Shown: positions 31,680 to 42,363, counted from the stretch's first letter. The stretch: 64,000 nt of DNA from Obrimoposthia wandeli (GCA_977020255.1 CDROCS010000253.1:1364001-1428000); one strand, 5' to 3'. Made by a program: numbers and translations. The notes: generated by a model not told the origin, from the sequence alone.

Positions 31680-32225
31680 ATGGCAGATAAAAATCAATTA
31701 CCACTCATTACTCATCGCAAACAAGTGGCTAAAAGTGCACTATTTGGCATTGAACAAATCGATCTTACTTTCAGTAACGGTGAACAAAGGCAATATGAGC
31801 GCATGATGGGCTCAGGGCGTGGCGCTGTGATGATAGTACCAATGATTGATGATGAGACATTATTACTGGTACGTGAATATTGTGCAGGTACACACAGTTA
31901 TTTATTAGGTTTCCCTAAAGGGCTTATTGATGAAGGTGAACTTGCAGCACAGGCGGCCAACAGAGAGCTCAAAGAAGAAATTGGTTATGGTAGCGAGCAG
32001 CTGCATCAGATATCAGAAATGATGATGGCTCCCGCATTTTTTAATGCAAAAATGACCATTTTTTTAGCTAAAAATCTTTACAGTGCCGAACTTGAAGGGG
32101 ATGAACCCGAGCCATTAGAAGTGGTATCTTGGCCAATTAAAGACTATAAAGAACTATTACAGCAAACAGATTTTACCGAAGCACGCAGTATTGCAGCATT
32201 AATGTTAGTACGTGACCTGCTTTAA
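31680..32225 (+). CDS. nudE: ADP compounds hydrolase NudE
   Basis: VAKSALF.IEQ.DL.FSNG..R.YER, Nudix box GLIDEGE....AANRELKEEIG. Confidence 0.95.
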   Translation: MADKNQLPLITHRKQVAKSALFGIEQIDLTFSNGEQRQYERMMGSGRGAVMIVPMIDDETLLLVREYCAGTHSYLLGFPKGLIDEGELAAQAANRELKEEIGYGSEQLHQISEMMMAPAFFNAKMTIFLAKNLYSAELEGDEPEPLEVVSWPIKDYKELLQQTDFTEARSIAALMLVRDLL

Positions 32226-32278
32226 ATTTAACATTCGATAAATTGAAAGTAGTAAAGCACGAAGAAAGAGGTATAACG

Positions 32279-33100
32279 ATGAGCCAAGATAAATTACTGA
32301 ATATTGCTTTAGAAAGCGCAAAGAAAGCTGGCGTCGAAGTAATGAAATATTATCGTCAAGGAAACTATACTGCAGAAACCAAAGCCGATGAAAGCCCGGT
32401 AACCAGTGCTGATATCGCAGCAAATGATATCTTAATGGACCAGCTTAGAACCCTAACACCTGATATCCCTATTATTTCTGAAGAAGTGGGTACTGTACAG
32501 TTAAGTGAGAGAAAAGATTGGTCTCGTTACTGGTTACTCGACCCTATTGATGGCACGGGTGAATTCATCATTGGTAGTGGTGATTTTGCCGTAAATATTG
32601 CACTAGTTGAAAATGGTTGGCCAACACTGGGTGTTATTCATGCACCGGATCACTGTCTAACTTATTATGGTCAAAAAAACCTTGGTGCTTTTAAAGATAA
32701 TTACCAAGCTAGTCATGCAATTCGTGTGGCAGAATATCAAGAAAACCGACGTATTAAAGTCGCCATAAGCCGCCGTCAACAACTTGAACTCATGGGAAAA
32801 TATCTAAACAAAGACTACGATTATGATTATGTCGCCTTGGGGAGTTGCTCCTTAAAAAATTGTCTTATTGCTGAAGGTGGAGCTGATTGTTATCTTCGTA
32901 TCGGTGTAACGGGTGAGTGGGATACCGGCGCTAGCCAATGTATTTTAGAGCAAGCGGGCGGTGATATTATCGACAGTGAGTTTAACCCCTTAAGTTACAA
33001 TAAGCGAGAAAGCTTACTTAACCCTGATTTTGTTAGTTTAGGCGCGAGAGATTTTCCATGGAAAAAAATAATTAAGTCACATAGAAAAGTTTATGAATAA
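32279..33100 (+). CDS. cysQ: 3'(2'),5'-bisphosphate nucleotidase CysQ
   Basis: K.DESPVTSAD, DPIDGTGEF, GEWDTGA. Confidence 0.93.
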   Translation: MSQDKLLNIALESAKKAGVEVMKYYRQGNYTAETKADESPVTSADIAANDILMDQLRTLTPDIPIISEEVGTVQLSERKDWSRYWLLDPIDGTGEFIIGSGDFAVNIALVENGWPTLGVIHAPDHCLTYYGQKNLGAFKDNYQASHAIRVAEYQENRRIKVAISRRQQLELMGKYLNKDYDYDYVALGSCSLKNCLIAEGGADCYLRIGVTGEWDTGASQCILEQAGGDIIDSEFNPLSYNKRESLLNPDFVSLGARDFPWKKIIKSHRKVYE

Positions 33101-33484
33101 CAGGCTACTACAGCTAGTATTTTGATCTGTATTCATACTTAGTCACTTATTGTCGACTTTAGTTAAAGCGAAGTAGTTCGTTTTGCATAAGATTTATGCT
33201 AAATTAGCGTTATCAATCTAAGTGAACAGACTGTTTTCTTTAATTACCGTTTTTTAGGTCATTTGTTTTAGTTATGTTATCAAACGTATTAAAAACACAT
33301 ATATCTCACCATCAAGCAGGGCATCGTCCTTGCTTCTTTAAAAGTATCGATCAAATCTAAATTTTTGGTAGATGGCTCATGCTGTCAGCCAAAATATCAC
33401 TTTGCTATTTTTACGACCATTTTGCTATCTGCTGCTTTCAGCTATTAACTTTACCTGTACCCGTAACGTTAATTTCCTGAGTAA

Positions 33485-33752
33485 TATACCCGTTCCACTT
33501 GAAGATGCATGATTCAGCTGGAATTAGAAACGCCTTTAGGCAAGGCATTGATTGAAGAGAATGGTTATTCCCTTGTCGAAATCAATAAAGCAGCATAAAG
33601 CGTTTATAAACCAGCCCCTTGGGGGAAGGCTGAGCACATCATACTCTGCGTTACATTTCTTTTTAAGGGAATGAGCCTTAATAAAAAAATGCGCCTTGAT
33701 TATGAATCGCTCAGACTTCCTGAAACGAGCATCTTCAAGTGGAGCGGGTATA
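33485..33752 (+). mobile_element. Complete ERIC-like MITE, subfamily A (268 bp, no nested module)
   Basis: TIRs TATACCCGTTCCACTTGAAGATGC and GCATCTTCAAGTGGAGCGGGTATA; core shared with 48498-48718. Confidence 0.88.
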
Positions 33753-33814
33753 CACCATAAATATTCAATAATTACTATTTTATTAAAACTACTCAATAAG
33801 TAAGAGGAAAAAAC

Positions 33815-34615
33815 ATGGCAGCGCAAGTAACCGCACTTTTCAATGAGATCTGGCAACAATATCTTAGTGTGACTCCGTCAGCAAAAAAAATTCATCAATT
33901 ACTAGGCAATGGTAATGATGTCATTAATGATCATGTGGCATACCGTACCTTTAATCACCCTAAAATTAATTTAGCGCAATTAGCTAAAGGGCTGTTGGCT
34001 TTGGGTTACACCGAATGTGGTCAATATGATTTCTCGGCAAAAAAACTTGATGCGAAACATTTTGAACATACCGATAGCACTATGCCTAAGGTGTTTATTA
34101 GTGAGCTGCGCGTTGAAGAGTTCTCTAATGAAGTGCAAGAGATTATCGCGGGTCTAATCGCTCAGTTACCAGAAGATGTTAGTGACCGTGCGGATTTTCT
34201 TTACTCAGGACGTCTTTGGGAAATTAGTTCAAAAGACTATGACACTCTGTTAAATGTTAGTGAGTATGCCGCATGGTTAGCCGCATGGGGTTACCGTGCA
34301 AACCACTTTACCGTGAGCATTAATCACTTAGCTAATTACGAAGATATCGAAGTAGTAAATGCTACGCTTAAAGAAGCAGGCTATGCACTTAATACCAATG
34401 GCGGTGAAATCAAAGGTGATGAAGCCGTTAAATTAGAGCAATCGTCGACCCTTGCCGATAAAGCGCCAGTAGATTTTTCTGATAGAACAATGGAAATACC
34501 AAGTTGTTTCTATGAGTTTGCTAAACGCTATCCATTGGCTAATGGTGAACTTTACACGGGTTTTGTTGCAGCATCAGCTGATAAAATTTTCGATAGTACC
34601 AATGCTAAAGGGTAG
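33815..34615 (+). CDS. DUF1338 family protein (HglS/YdcJ-like 2-oxoadipate dioxygenase fold)
   Basis: NDHVAYRTF, PKVFISEL, ANHFTV, LEQSST, FYEFAKRY. Confidence 0.85.
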   Translation: MAAQVTALFNEIWQQYLSVTPSAKKIHQLLGNGNDVINDHVAYRTFNHPKINLAQLAKGLLALGYTECGQYDFSAKKLDAKHFEHTDSTMPKVFISELRVEEFSNEVQEIIAGLIAQLPEDVSDRADFLYSGRLWEISSKDYDTLLNVSEYAAWLAAWGYRANHFTVSINHLANYEDIEVVNATLKEAGYALNTNGGEIKGDEAVKLEQSSTLADKAPVDFSDRTMEIPSCFYEFAKRYPLANGELYTGFVAASADKIFDSTNAKG

Positions 34616-34665
34616 ATAGCGCTACTAAGCTTTTAATAGCAGCGTGGAAAACGTCTTAAGTTATT

Positions 34666-34693
34666 AAGTCAGTGTTAAGTCACTGGCTTTTTT
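34666..34693. terminator. Terminator between DUF1338 and yheU
   Basis: AAGTCAGTG/CACTGGCTT stem plus T run. Confidence 0.7.
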
Positions 34694-34787
34694 AATTACT
34701 GTTATTCGTTGATACTATTTTACAGGAACGAGACGTTTTATGCTGTATAGGTAAATGAGGGTAAGTCGTCGCTCTTGATTGGATAAA

Positions 34788-35024
34788 TTAAAGTTGCTCT
34801 TCCATTCCCGCTTTAAATTGATCACTGGGCAATATATTGATGCTTTCATGAAGCTCCGAATAAACTAATACCGCGCTACCTTGTTCAAGTTGTTTTTTCA
34901 CTTGAGCGATTTTAGCCTCTTTACTCACATCTTCAGCACCATACTCAGTCCCTTCACGTAAAATAAAGTTTTCAATAATTGCAGTTAAGGTTTCATGTGA
35001 TAGTTGATCTAAGGGGATAATCAT
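34788..35024 (-). CDS. yheU: UPF0270 protein YheU
   Basis: MIIP, IIENFILREGTEYG, AVLVYSELHESINI. Confidence 0.93.
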   Translation of the reverse strand: MIIPLDQLSHETLTAIIENFILREGTEYGAEDVSKEAKIAQVKKQLEQGSAVLVYSELHESINILPSDQFKAGMEEQL

Positions 35025-35285
35025 AAAGGGAACTTCAGGCTTTTAAATAATGAACAGCCATTGTACCTGTAAACTACTTTATTAAAGAGTAAACCTTTAG
35101 GGTCTTGGTCATTATTTTGAGTGATGATAGCGTTTTGTAACAGCACTAACAGTGATTTGGCTGCTGACGGATTTACCGACAACTTTAACAGGCTAAATTA
35201 GAGCATTACTACTTAGTAATATAGCAGAAGATATCTATTTAGCCTGTGTAAGCAGGTCGTGTTTAGTCGATATTAGATAGCTAAT

Positions 35286-35423
35286 TTAATGGTCTTTACT
35301 ATCGTCTTGAATATGTTTAATAAAGTAATATACATAAAAGGCGCAAATACCGAGCATAATGGCTATACCGCCAAAAGAAAACATCACTACAGGGTCATTG
35401 GTTAACATTGATAATAAATTCAT
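35286..35423 (-). CDS. 45-aa single-TM protein, DUF3149-like (not in ORF track)
   Basis: MNLLSMLTNDPVVMFSFGGIAIMLGICAFYVYYFIKHIQDDSKDH; RBS GGAG 6 nt before ATG. Confidence 0.75.
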   Translation of the reverse strand: MNLLSMLTNDPVVMFSFGGIAIMLGICAFYVYYFIKHIQDDSKDH

Positions 35424-35500
35424 ATTGAGCTCCATAATTTTCTAAGTCATTTTGATATACCTAGTGTAATTAAGTCGCTCAATGATTAAGCTGATTTAGA

Positions 35501-36241
35501 TCAATAGAAAGGCTGCTTTTCTGCCATCTTTGCTTTGATTTTCTGCTGTTCTCTTATTTTTTGATAGATATCATTAGCTTTTTCGATACCATTTTCAATT
35601 TTAAGCTTAGATAAATCTCTTTCATCCATTAAACGACTTTTTTCTGCATTAGGGTAGCCGTTCCATGATGCGATGGTATTCCATACATAAGACAGCTCAG
35701 TACTCTTTTCTACGCCTTTACCTTCGCTATAAAGTAAGGCCAAATTGTATTGAGCAAGTGCATAGTTTTGATTAGCGGCACTTTTGTACCAACGCGATGC
35801 TTTAAAGTCGTCTTGGGTAACGCCCGTGCCATTAGCGTACATAACACCTAAATTAAATTGTGCACTCGATAAACCTTTTTTAGCCGCTTTATGACTCAGT
35901 TCAAAAGATTTTTTTAAGTCTTGCTTTACCAATTTACCCTCAGAGTAAATTAAGGCCAGTTCAAATTGTGCATCAGGGTAGTTTTGTGCCGCAGAAAGTT
36001 TAAATAACTCCAGTGCTTTCATACCATCTTTATTAACAGAGTAACCGTGAAGGTAAACTAAGGCCATTTGATATTGGGCTGGTGCGTAACCTTCATTAAC
36101 CAGCGGACGAAACTGTTCGATAGCTGCTTTAAATTCCCCTCGATTTAATTCATAAATGCCTTGCTCAAGATCATTGCCTTGGCTCAATACGGAGAAACTG
36201 CTTAGCAGTGTTAAAGTAAACAGTAATATTTTAATACGCAT
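35501..36241 (-). CDS. Secreted Sel1-like repeat protein
   Basis: Signal peptide; repeated AQY/F.L...Y..G.GV..D units. Confidence 0.9.
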   Translation of the reverse strand: MRIKILLFTLTLLSSFSVLSQGNDLEQGIYELNRGEFKAAIEQFRPLVNEGYAPAQYQMALVYLHGYSVNKDGMKALELFKLSAAQNYPDAQFELALIYSEGKLVKQDLKKSFELSHKAAKKGLSSAQFNLGVMYANGTGVTQDDFKASRWYKSAANQNYALAQYNLALLYSEGKGVEKSTELSYVWNTIASWNGYPNAEKSRLMDERDLSKLKIENGIEKANDIYQKIREQQKIKAKMAEKQPFY

Positions 36242-36296
36242 AATATTTCCTCTTTTAGACGTAATTATCGATTATTAAGTTAAGTGTAGATGAAAA

Positions 36297-38222
36297 TTAC
36301 TCGGTGATAGCCATCATCTCTTCAATCTGCTCTGCTAGTTCAAGCCAAAGCATTTCGTTTTCTTCAATATCATTTTTCAAATTACCTTGTTTTTTTAGTA
36401 AGTCAGTTAATTCATTTTTGCGCTCTGCTTGATAAATATCACTGTCACTTAATAAAGCTTCAACTTTAGTTAACGCTTCTTGCCACTGATGTACCTTTTT
36501 CTCTAATTTATCAGCTTCTTTACGCAAAGGGGCTGATTTTTTTCTTAGCTCCGCTTGCTGCTGACGAAGTTGTTTTTTGTCTAAACCTTTATCACCGCTT
36601 TGTTGATCGGTTTTGATTGATTTTATTGCTTGTTTTTTATCATCATTTAACCACTGCTGGTAATCATCGATATCGCCACTAAAATCACTCACTCTGCCGT
36701 TAGCAACAAGATAAAATTCATCAACACATGACTCTAATAAGAACCTATCATGAGCAATCAAAATAATCGCGCCGCCAAAGTCTTGTAATGCCATCACCAA
36801 TGCTTGGCGCATTTCTAAATCTAAATGGTTGGTTGGTTCATCAAGTAGTAATAACTGTGGCTTTTCTAAAACAATCAAAGCCAGTACTAAACGCGCTTTT
36901 TCACCACCCGACATGGTCGAAACTTGTGATAACGCTTGGTCGCCACTAAAGCCGAACTTTCCTAAAAAGGTACGGGCTTGTGGTTCACCTAAAGCAGGTT
37001 TAGCACGCAAAATATGATCAACAGGGCTTGACGGTGCATGCAATTGCTCTAATTGATGCTGAGAAAAATAACCGACAGTTAAATCTTGTGCGCAGTAACG
37101 TTTACCACCAAGTAGGGCAAGTTCACCAGCAAGGGATTTAATTAGGGTTGATTTACCTGCGCCATTTCTCCCTAATAAACCAATGCGACTACCAGGTATT
37201 AACGTTAAACCAACGTCATCTAGAATAATCGCCTGCTCACCATGATCAGATTTAGGATAACCACACTGACTTTCATCAAGTGATAAAAGTGGATAAGGCA
37301 AACTTTCAGGCTCTGCAAAGCTGAAGGTAAATTGGCTATCCACATGCGCAGGTGCTAAATCAGGTAACTTCTCTAAACGTTTTAATCGACTTTGCGCTTG
37401 TTTTGCTTTACTTGCTTTCGCGCGAAAACGATCAACAAAAGCGGTTAAATGTGCTGCTTCTTTTTGCTGCTTTTGATATTGTGCGTCTTGTTGCGCTAAA
37501 TGTTCGCGGCGTTGGCGTTCAAAAGCAGTATAGTTGCCGCTGTATAATTTAGCGCGCTGGTGCTCAATATGCAGTATTTGACCAATAACCGTATCGAGAA
37601 AGTCACGGTCATGTGAAATGAGGACTAAGGTGCCAGTAAAGCGCTTTAACCATCGTTGTAGCCAGATAACTGCATCTAAATCTAAATGGTTGGTCGGTTC
37701 ATCGAGTAATAACAAGTCAGCTCGAGATATTAGCGCCTGGGCTAAGTTTAATCGCATGCGCCAACCACCAGAAAAGTCTTTCACTGGGTTATCAAGTTGT
37801 GATTGTAAAAAGCCTAAACCATGTAATAATTCACCAGCGCGGGCAGGTAAACTGTATCCGCTGATGGTATCTATTTTATTGATAATGGTGGCTTCAAGGT
37901 TACCGTTATCAGCAATGCGTGCTTGCTCAAGCTGTTGCTCTAACTGACGAAACTCTTTATCGCCATCCATTACGTAATCAAGGGCAGTTTGTTCTAACGA
38001 AGGGGTCTCTTGCCTTACTGTGGCAATATCCCAACCTGTCGGTAGAGCTAAATCGCCAGAGTCAGGAGATAAATCACCTAATAGGGCGGCGAAAAGAGAC
38101 GATTTTCCACAGCCATTACTGCCTACTAAGCCAACCTTGTGGTTAGGGTGTATGGTAAAGCTAGATGATTTAATTAGGTTTTTAGCCCCTCTATCTAAAC
38201 TTAAGTCTGTGGCGATAATCAA
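36297..38222 (-). CDS. yheS: ABC-F family ATPase YheS (TTG start at 38222)
   Basis: Two NBDs (GSNGCGKS, FSGGWRMR; GRNGAGKS, MSGGEKAR), no TM; GAGGA RBS before TTG. Confidence 0.88.
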   Translation of the reverse strand: MIIATDLSLDRGAKNLIKSSSFTIHPNHKVGLVGSNGCGKSSLFAALLGDLSPDSGDLALPTGWDIATVRQETPSLEQTALDYVMDGDKEFRQLEQQLEQARIADNGNLEATIINKIDTISGYSLPARAGELLHGLGFLQSQLDNPVKDFSGGWRMRLNLAQALISRADLLLLDEPTNHLDLDAVIWLQRWLKRFTGTLVLISHDRDFLDTVIGQILHIEHQRAKLYSGNYTAFERQRREHLAQQDAQYQKQQKEAAHLTAFVDRFRAKASKAKQAQSRLKRLEKLPDLAPAHVDSQFTFSFAEPESLPYPLLSLDESQCGYPKSDHGEQAIILDDVGLTLIPGSRIGLLGRNGAGKSTLIKSLAGELALLGGKRYCAQDLTVGYFSQHQLEQLHAPSSPVDHILRAKPALGEPQARTFLGKFGFSGDQALSQVSTMSGGEKARLVLALIVLEKPQLLLLDEPTNHLDLEMRQALVMALQDFGGAIILIAHDRFLLESCVDEFYLVANGRVSDFSGDIDDYQQWLNDDKKQAIKSIKTDQQSGDKGLDKKQLRQQQAELRKKSAPLRKEADKLEKKVHQWQEALTKVEALLSDSDIYQAERKNELTDLLKKQGNLKNDIEENEMLWLELAEQIEEMMAITE

Positions 38223-38424
38223 TGGTATTTCCTCGGGAAAATGGCATAGTGGGGCAGAGATAATACCCACTAAAAAAATGCTGATGCATTGTCGCTTTTC
38301 CTATGACCACTATTCAAGGTAAAATAGCGATAATTCTGGATTTAATGTCGAGCCTGTTGAACTTACCAATTGAAAAAACAATTAGTAAAGAACCACAGAG
38401 CCTAATAATAAGTAGTAGATACCT

Positions 38425-38628
38425 ATGAGCAAAGCCCTAAAAAAGAGATTTATCGCCGGCGCTGTCTGTCCTAAATGTAAAGCAATGGACACTATGGCAC
38501 TGACCAAAGAAAATGGTGTTGAAAAAGTGACCTGTGTCAGTTGTGGTGAGCAAATGGTGCAAACGGAAGAGCATGTTGAGAAAGTTGTTCGTGAAAATGA
38601 ACAGGTTATAGGTATTTTTAAGCCTTAA
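38425..38628 (+). CDS. yheV: YheV family zinc-ribbon protein
   Basis: KKRFIAGAVCPKC, CVSCG, VIGIFKP. Confidence 0.9.
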   Translation: MSKALKKRFIAGAVCPKCKAMDTMALTKENGVEKVTCVSCGEQMVQTEEHVEKVVRENEQVIGIFKP

Positions 38629-38699
38629 GATTCAAAGTGTTTAGCGCTATCTCTGAGATAAAATAGCGCTTTGAATCTTTTGATTGTTCTAGCACATAC

Positions 38700-38963
38700 T
38701 TAGTAATGCGGTGGTGGTGGCTCAATATCATCATTGTCACCTGATAAACTACCGGCATCCTTTAAGCGATTAGCGACTAATTGAATTTGATGTTTCAGCT
38801 CTGAAATTTCATGCTGATGGGCAGCTAGCTCTTCACTTAACTGGTCAATGACATCATCTTGAAAAACATTGCGCGATTCTAAAGAATCAACACGTTCTTC
38901 AAGTTGCTGAATGTAGTTGGCGTTTGTGCTGTGCGCACTTAAAATTATTTCGTGATTGGCCAT
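38700..38963 (-). CDS. slyX: SlyX protein
   Basis: LESRNVFQDDVIDQL, C-terminal EPPPPHY. Confidence 0.93.
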   Translation of the reverse strand: MANHEIILSAHSTNANYIQQLEERVDSLESRNVFQDDVIDQLSEELAAHQHEISELKHQIQLVANRLKDAGSLSGDNDDIEPPPPHY

Positions 38964-39928
38964 GATTCAACATATCCTGATGAGCTTATCGTTAATAGAT
39001 TGTTATTATCGCCAAATGCGACACTATACACAACCGCTCCTGTAGGTCTTTTTGCGTCTTTAGGGGTAACAAACCAATGTGTAAGGCGTTTACCGGTAGC
39101 AATATCCCAAACACTGACCTTTTTGGTGGCTGCTCCGGTGATTAGTGTTTTACCGTCAGGCGAAAAGCGCACTGTGCTAAATACTTCGTGGCGCTTTGTT
39201 CCTTGCAAACTACTAATACGTTTACCTGTTTTCAAATCCCAAATATAAGCACCTTTCATACTATCAGCAGAAAAGGCATAACGTCCTTTAGCATCTAGTG
39301 CGACTTTTGATACGCGGGAGCTATGGTTAAATTGATAAACCACTTGCCCTGATTGGGTATCCCAGACATAGGCGGTGAAATCATTACCACCGGATATAGC
39401 TACGCGACCATTGGGTAGCATATCTACCGAGTTTATCTTCTCTTTGTGGCCTAAAAACTCTAACCGTCTTCCGGTATCAACTGCTACATGCACCACGGTA
39501 CCGTTACTTTTACCAATAAGTAAGTAATTACCACCATTACTTATAGCTATATCTCTAATATGAGATTCGCGCACTTGCCAATAACCTTCAGATTTACCAG
39601 ACTTTAAGTTCCACAGGGCAAAGTTTTTTCTATTTGCGGTCAGTACATGGCTAGCGTTATCACTTATATCAATAGAGAGTACTAAATTGTCACTGGTGTT
39701 TTGTTCTTGCGACCAATTATAAAGTCGCTGGTTTTTTGTTAAATCCCAAACACTCAAACCATGATGAATAGACGAGACTACTGAGAACTTAGCATCACTA
39801 GAAATTTCGCCGGCATAGGCACCTTCAACAGACTGTTGCCAGCGCTGCAATGGTTCTTGCGTCAGGGGCTTACAAGCCGTGAGTGTTATCCATAAGATGA
39901 TTGGAAAAATTCTATTACAATTTAACAA
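38945..39928 (-). CDS. WD40-repeat lipoprotein
   Basis: Lipobox LTAC; repeated GH/WD units. Confidence 0.88.
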   Translation of the reverse strand: MLNCNRIFPIILWITLTACKPLTQEPLQRWQQSVEGAYAGEISSDAKFSVVSSIHHGLSVWDLTKNQRLYNWSQEQNTSDNLVLSIDISDNASHVLTANRKNFALWNLKSGKSEGYWQVRESHIRDIAISNGGNYLLIGKSNGTVVHVAVDTGRRLEFLGHKEKINSVDMLPNGRVAISGGNDFTAYVWDTQSGQVVYQFNHSSRVSKVALDAKGRYAFSADSMKGAYIWDLKTGKRISSLQGTKRHEVFSTVRFSPDGKTLITGAATKKVSVWDIATGKRLTHWFVTPKDAKRPTGAVVYSVAFGDNNNLLTISSSGYVESWPITK

Positions 39929-40114
39929 GATATTAATACTTTTTTATTTGCGCATTTATCGTTAGTATAAGTTCTTTTTTGAAATTGTTTAGTGTTATCT
40001 TTACTTACTTAAATGAGAAGTTTAATTTAAAGTTAAATTTTATCAGCTAACATCGCAATTTTAAGTTTTTAATTGGAGGAATTCTCCAATTGTATTGTAT
40101 AAATGGAGATATGA

Positions 40115-40882
40115 ATGAAATTGTTTAAGCCTACCCTAGTAGCCCTTGCGTTATTTGCCGTTGTTGGTTGTAACGAAAAAGCTGTTGAAGAAGTAAAAGC
40201 ACCGGTATTAGATACTGAAGTGCAAAAACAAGCCTACGGCTTAGGTGCCTCAATTGGTATGTACATGCAACGTAACTTAGAAGAGCATGACAAACTAGGT
40301 TTAACGTTAGATAAAGAGCTTATCATACGCGGTTTTGTCGACAGTATTGATGGTAAAGCTGTTATCGAAAAAGAAGAAATTCAAGCATTATTGACGAATC
40401 TTGATACTAGCATGAAAGAAAAACAGCAAGCAGCTGCAATCGCTGCTTCTGAGTCTAGCCTAGCTGACGGCGCTAAATTCCTTGCAGACAACGCTAAAAA
40501 AGAAGGCGTACAAGTAACTGAATCTGGTATTCAATATGTCGTATTAACCGCTGGCGAAGGTGATAAGCCTGTAGCAACCGATACTGTGAAAGTACATTAC
40601 AAAGGTACTTTCTTAAATGGCGAAACGTTTGACAGTTCATATGAACGTAACGAACCAGCAGTATTTCCACTTAACCGTGTAATTAAAGGTTGGACTGAAG
40701 GCGTACAATTAATGGCTGTAGGCGCTAAGTACAAATTCACTATCCCTTCAGATTTAGCGTACGGTCCTAACGGTAACCCACCACGTATTCCAGGTAACTC
40801 AGTACTAGAATTTGAAATTGAATTATTAGAAATTCAAAAAGAAGAAGCAGCGCCAAAAGCTGATGAACACGCTGCTCACTAG
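40115..40882 (+). CDS. fkpA: FKBP-type peptidyl-prolyl isomerase FkpA
   Basis: FKBP_N helices, VKVHYKGT, FDSSY, VIKGWTEG. Confidence 0.95.
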   Translation: MKLFKPTLVALALFAVVGCNEKAVEEVKAPVLDTEVQKQAYGLGASIGMYMQRNLEEHDKLGLTLDKELIIRGFVDSIDGKAVIEKEEIQALLTNLDTSMKEKQQAAAIAASESSLADGAKFLADNAKKEGVQVTESGIQYVVLTAGEGDKPVATDTVKVHYKGTFLNGETFDSSYERNEPAVFPLNRVIKGWTEGVQLMAVGAKYKFTIPSDLAYGPNGNPPRIPGNSVLEFEIELLEIQKEEAAPKADEHAAH

Positions 40883-40966
40883 TCATGTTTGTCTTGGCGC
40901 TCGTGTTAGTTATTGTATTAGCTAATATTTTTTAGATAATACAAGGTACATATTAGAACAAAACAT

Positions 40967-41003
40967 AAAACCACCAGTGATTTATTACTGGTGGTTTTTT
41001 TTT
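40967..41003 (+). terminator. fkpA terminator
   Basis: AAAACCACCAGT/ACTGGTGGTTTT stem plus T run. Confidence 0.85.
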
Positions 41004-41100
41004 AGCTCACCTTCAAGGTCAAGGCGCTTGATTGAGTAATCGTTGGCTATGGGGATTGAAAATGATCACTTAGTTAGTGTAATTGGTATAAAATACCCTA

Positions 41101-42363
41101 ATGAAAAAACTCCTTATCATTGGCTATGTATGGCCCGAACCTAACTCTTCTGCGGCAGGTAGCCGTATGATGCAGTTAATCCACTTTTTCCAAACGCAAA
41201 GCTACCAGGTTACTTTTGCCAGCCCAGCGCAACAAACTGAGCATATGGTTGATTTACGCGCCTTAAATATTAGGGTTGAAAACATCAGCCTTAATTGTAC
41301 TAGCTTTGACGACTTCATCAAAAACCTCGGTCCTACTACGGTAATGTTTGATCGTTTTATGATGGAAGAGCAGTTTGGCTGGCGTGTTAATGAGCAATGC
41401 CCACAAGCAATACGTATTTTAGATACCGAAGATTTGTTTTGTTTACGTAACGCACGCCACCAAGGTTATAAAAAAAAACGTGATATCACCGATGAAGACT
41501 TACTCACCAGTGATATGGCGAAACGTGAAGTCGCCTCTATATTTCGTTCTGATATCAGCTTAATGATTTCAAGTATTGAAGTGGAGCTATTGCAGCGCTT
41601 ATTTAAGGTGGATGCTAACTTAATTCACTACTGCCCTTTTATGTTAAGCGAAACACAGTTAAGCCAAACAAATCCAAGTTATCAACAGCGCGAAGATTTT
41701 ATGGCGATAGGTAATTTTCGTCATGCGCCTAACTGGGACGCAGTATTATGGCTCAAACAGCAGATATGGCCACTAATACGCAAACAACTACCTAATGCCA
41801 AATTGAACATCTATGGCGCTTACCCGCCACCCAAAGCCACCGACTTACACGATGAAAAATCAGGGTTCTTGGTGAAAGGCTGGGTTGATGATGCCGTACT
41901 TGCCATGCAAAGCGCAAAAGTGTGTTTAGCACCACTACGCTTTGGCGCAGGTATTAAAGGAAAATTAGCCGAAGCCATGTATTGTGCTACGCCCTCAGTT
42001 ACTACGGATATTGGTGCTGAAAGTATGCAAACAGATTTACCTTGGGCGGGCGCAATAGCCAATGAGCCACAAGCTATTGCAGATGCTGCAGTAAAACTGT
42101 ATCAAGATGATTTAGCTTGGCAAACTGCTAGTGATTTAGGGCAACAAAATGCCCAGCTAATGTATCAGCAAGCCTTTATTTTAGCTGAATTAGCCGATTG
42201 TTTATCACAGTTATCAACTAACCTTGAACAGCATAGACAAGCTAATTTTATTGGTAGCATGCTCAATCATCACCACCATAAAAGTACGCAATATATGTCA
42301 CAGTGGATTGATGTTAAAACGCAGTTGAAAGTTTTAGTAGAAGATAACGTAGACAAAGACTAG
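41101..42363 (+). CDS. GT-B glycosyltransferase (GT4-like)
   Basis: VWPEPNSSAAG, GNFRHAPN, APLRFGAGIKGK. Confidence 0.85.
   Translation: MKKLLIIGYVWPEPNSSAAGSRMMQLIHFFQTQSYQVTFASPAQQTEHMVDLRALNIRVENISLNCTSFDDFIKNLGPTTVMFDRFMMEEQFGWRVNEQCPQAIRILDTEDLFCLRNARHQGYKKKRDITDEDLLTSDMAKREVASIFRSDISLMISSIEVELLQRLFKVDANLIHYCPFMLSETQLSQTNPSYQQREDFMAIGNFRHAPNWDAVLWLKQQIWPLIRKQLPNAKLNIYGAYPPPKATDLHDEKSGFLVKGWVDDAVLAMQSAKVCLAPLRFGAGIKGKLAEAMYCATPSVTTDIGAESMQTDLPWAGAIANEPQAIADAAVKLYQDDLAWQTASDLGQQNAQLMYQQAFILAELADCLSQLSTNLEQHRQANFIGSMLNHHHHKSTQYMSQWIDVKTQLKVLVEDNVDKD

Noticed and set aside
33190-33484. Possible pseudogene left of the MITE (fragments such as EINVTGTGKV and QNGRKNSKVIFWLTA)
   Set aside because: Fragments are short, interrupted by stops and not assignable to a family by eye; needs BLASTX
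33536-33859. 107-aa ORF, and the 61-aa ORF at 58921-59106, sharing MP.PLEDA.FR..ER.IIKAHF
   Set aside because: The shared peptide is just translation of the MITE terminal repeat; not a gene family
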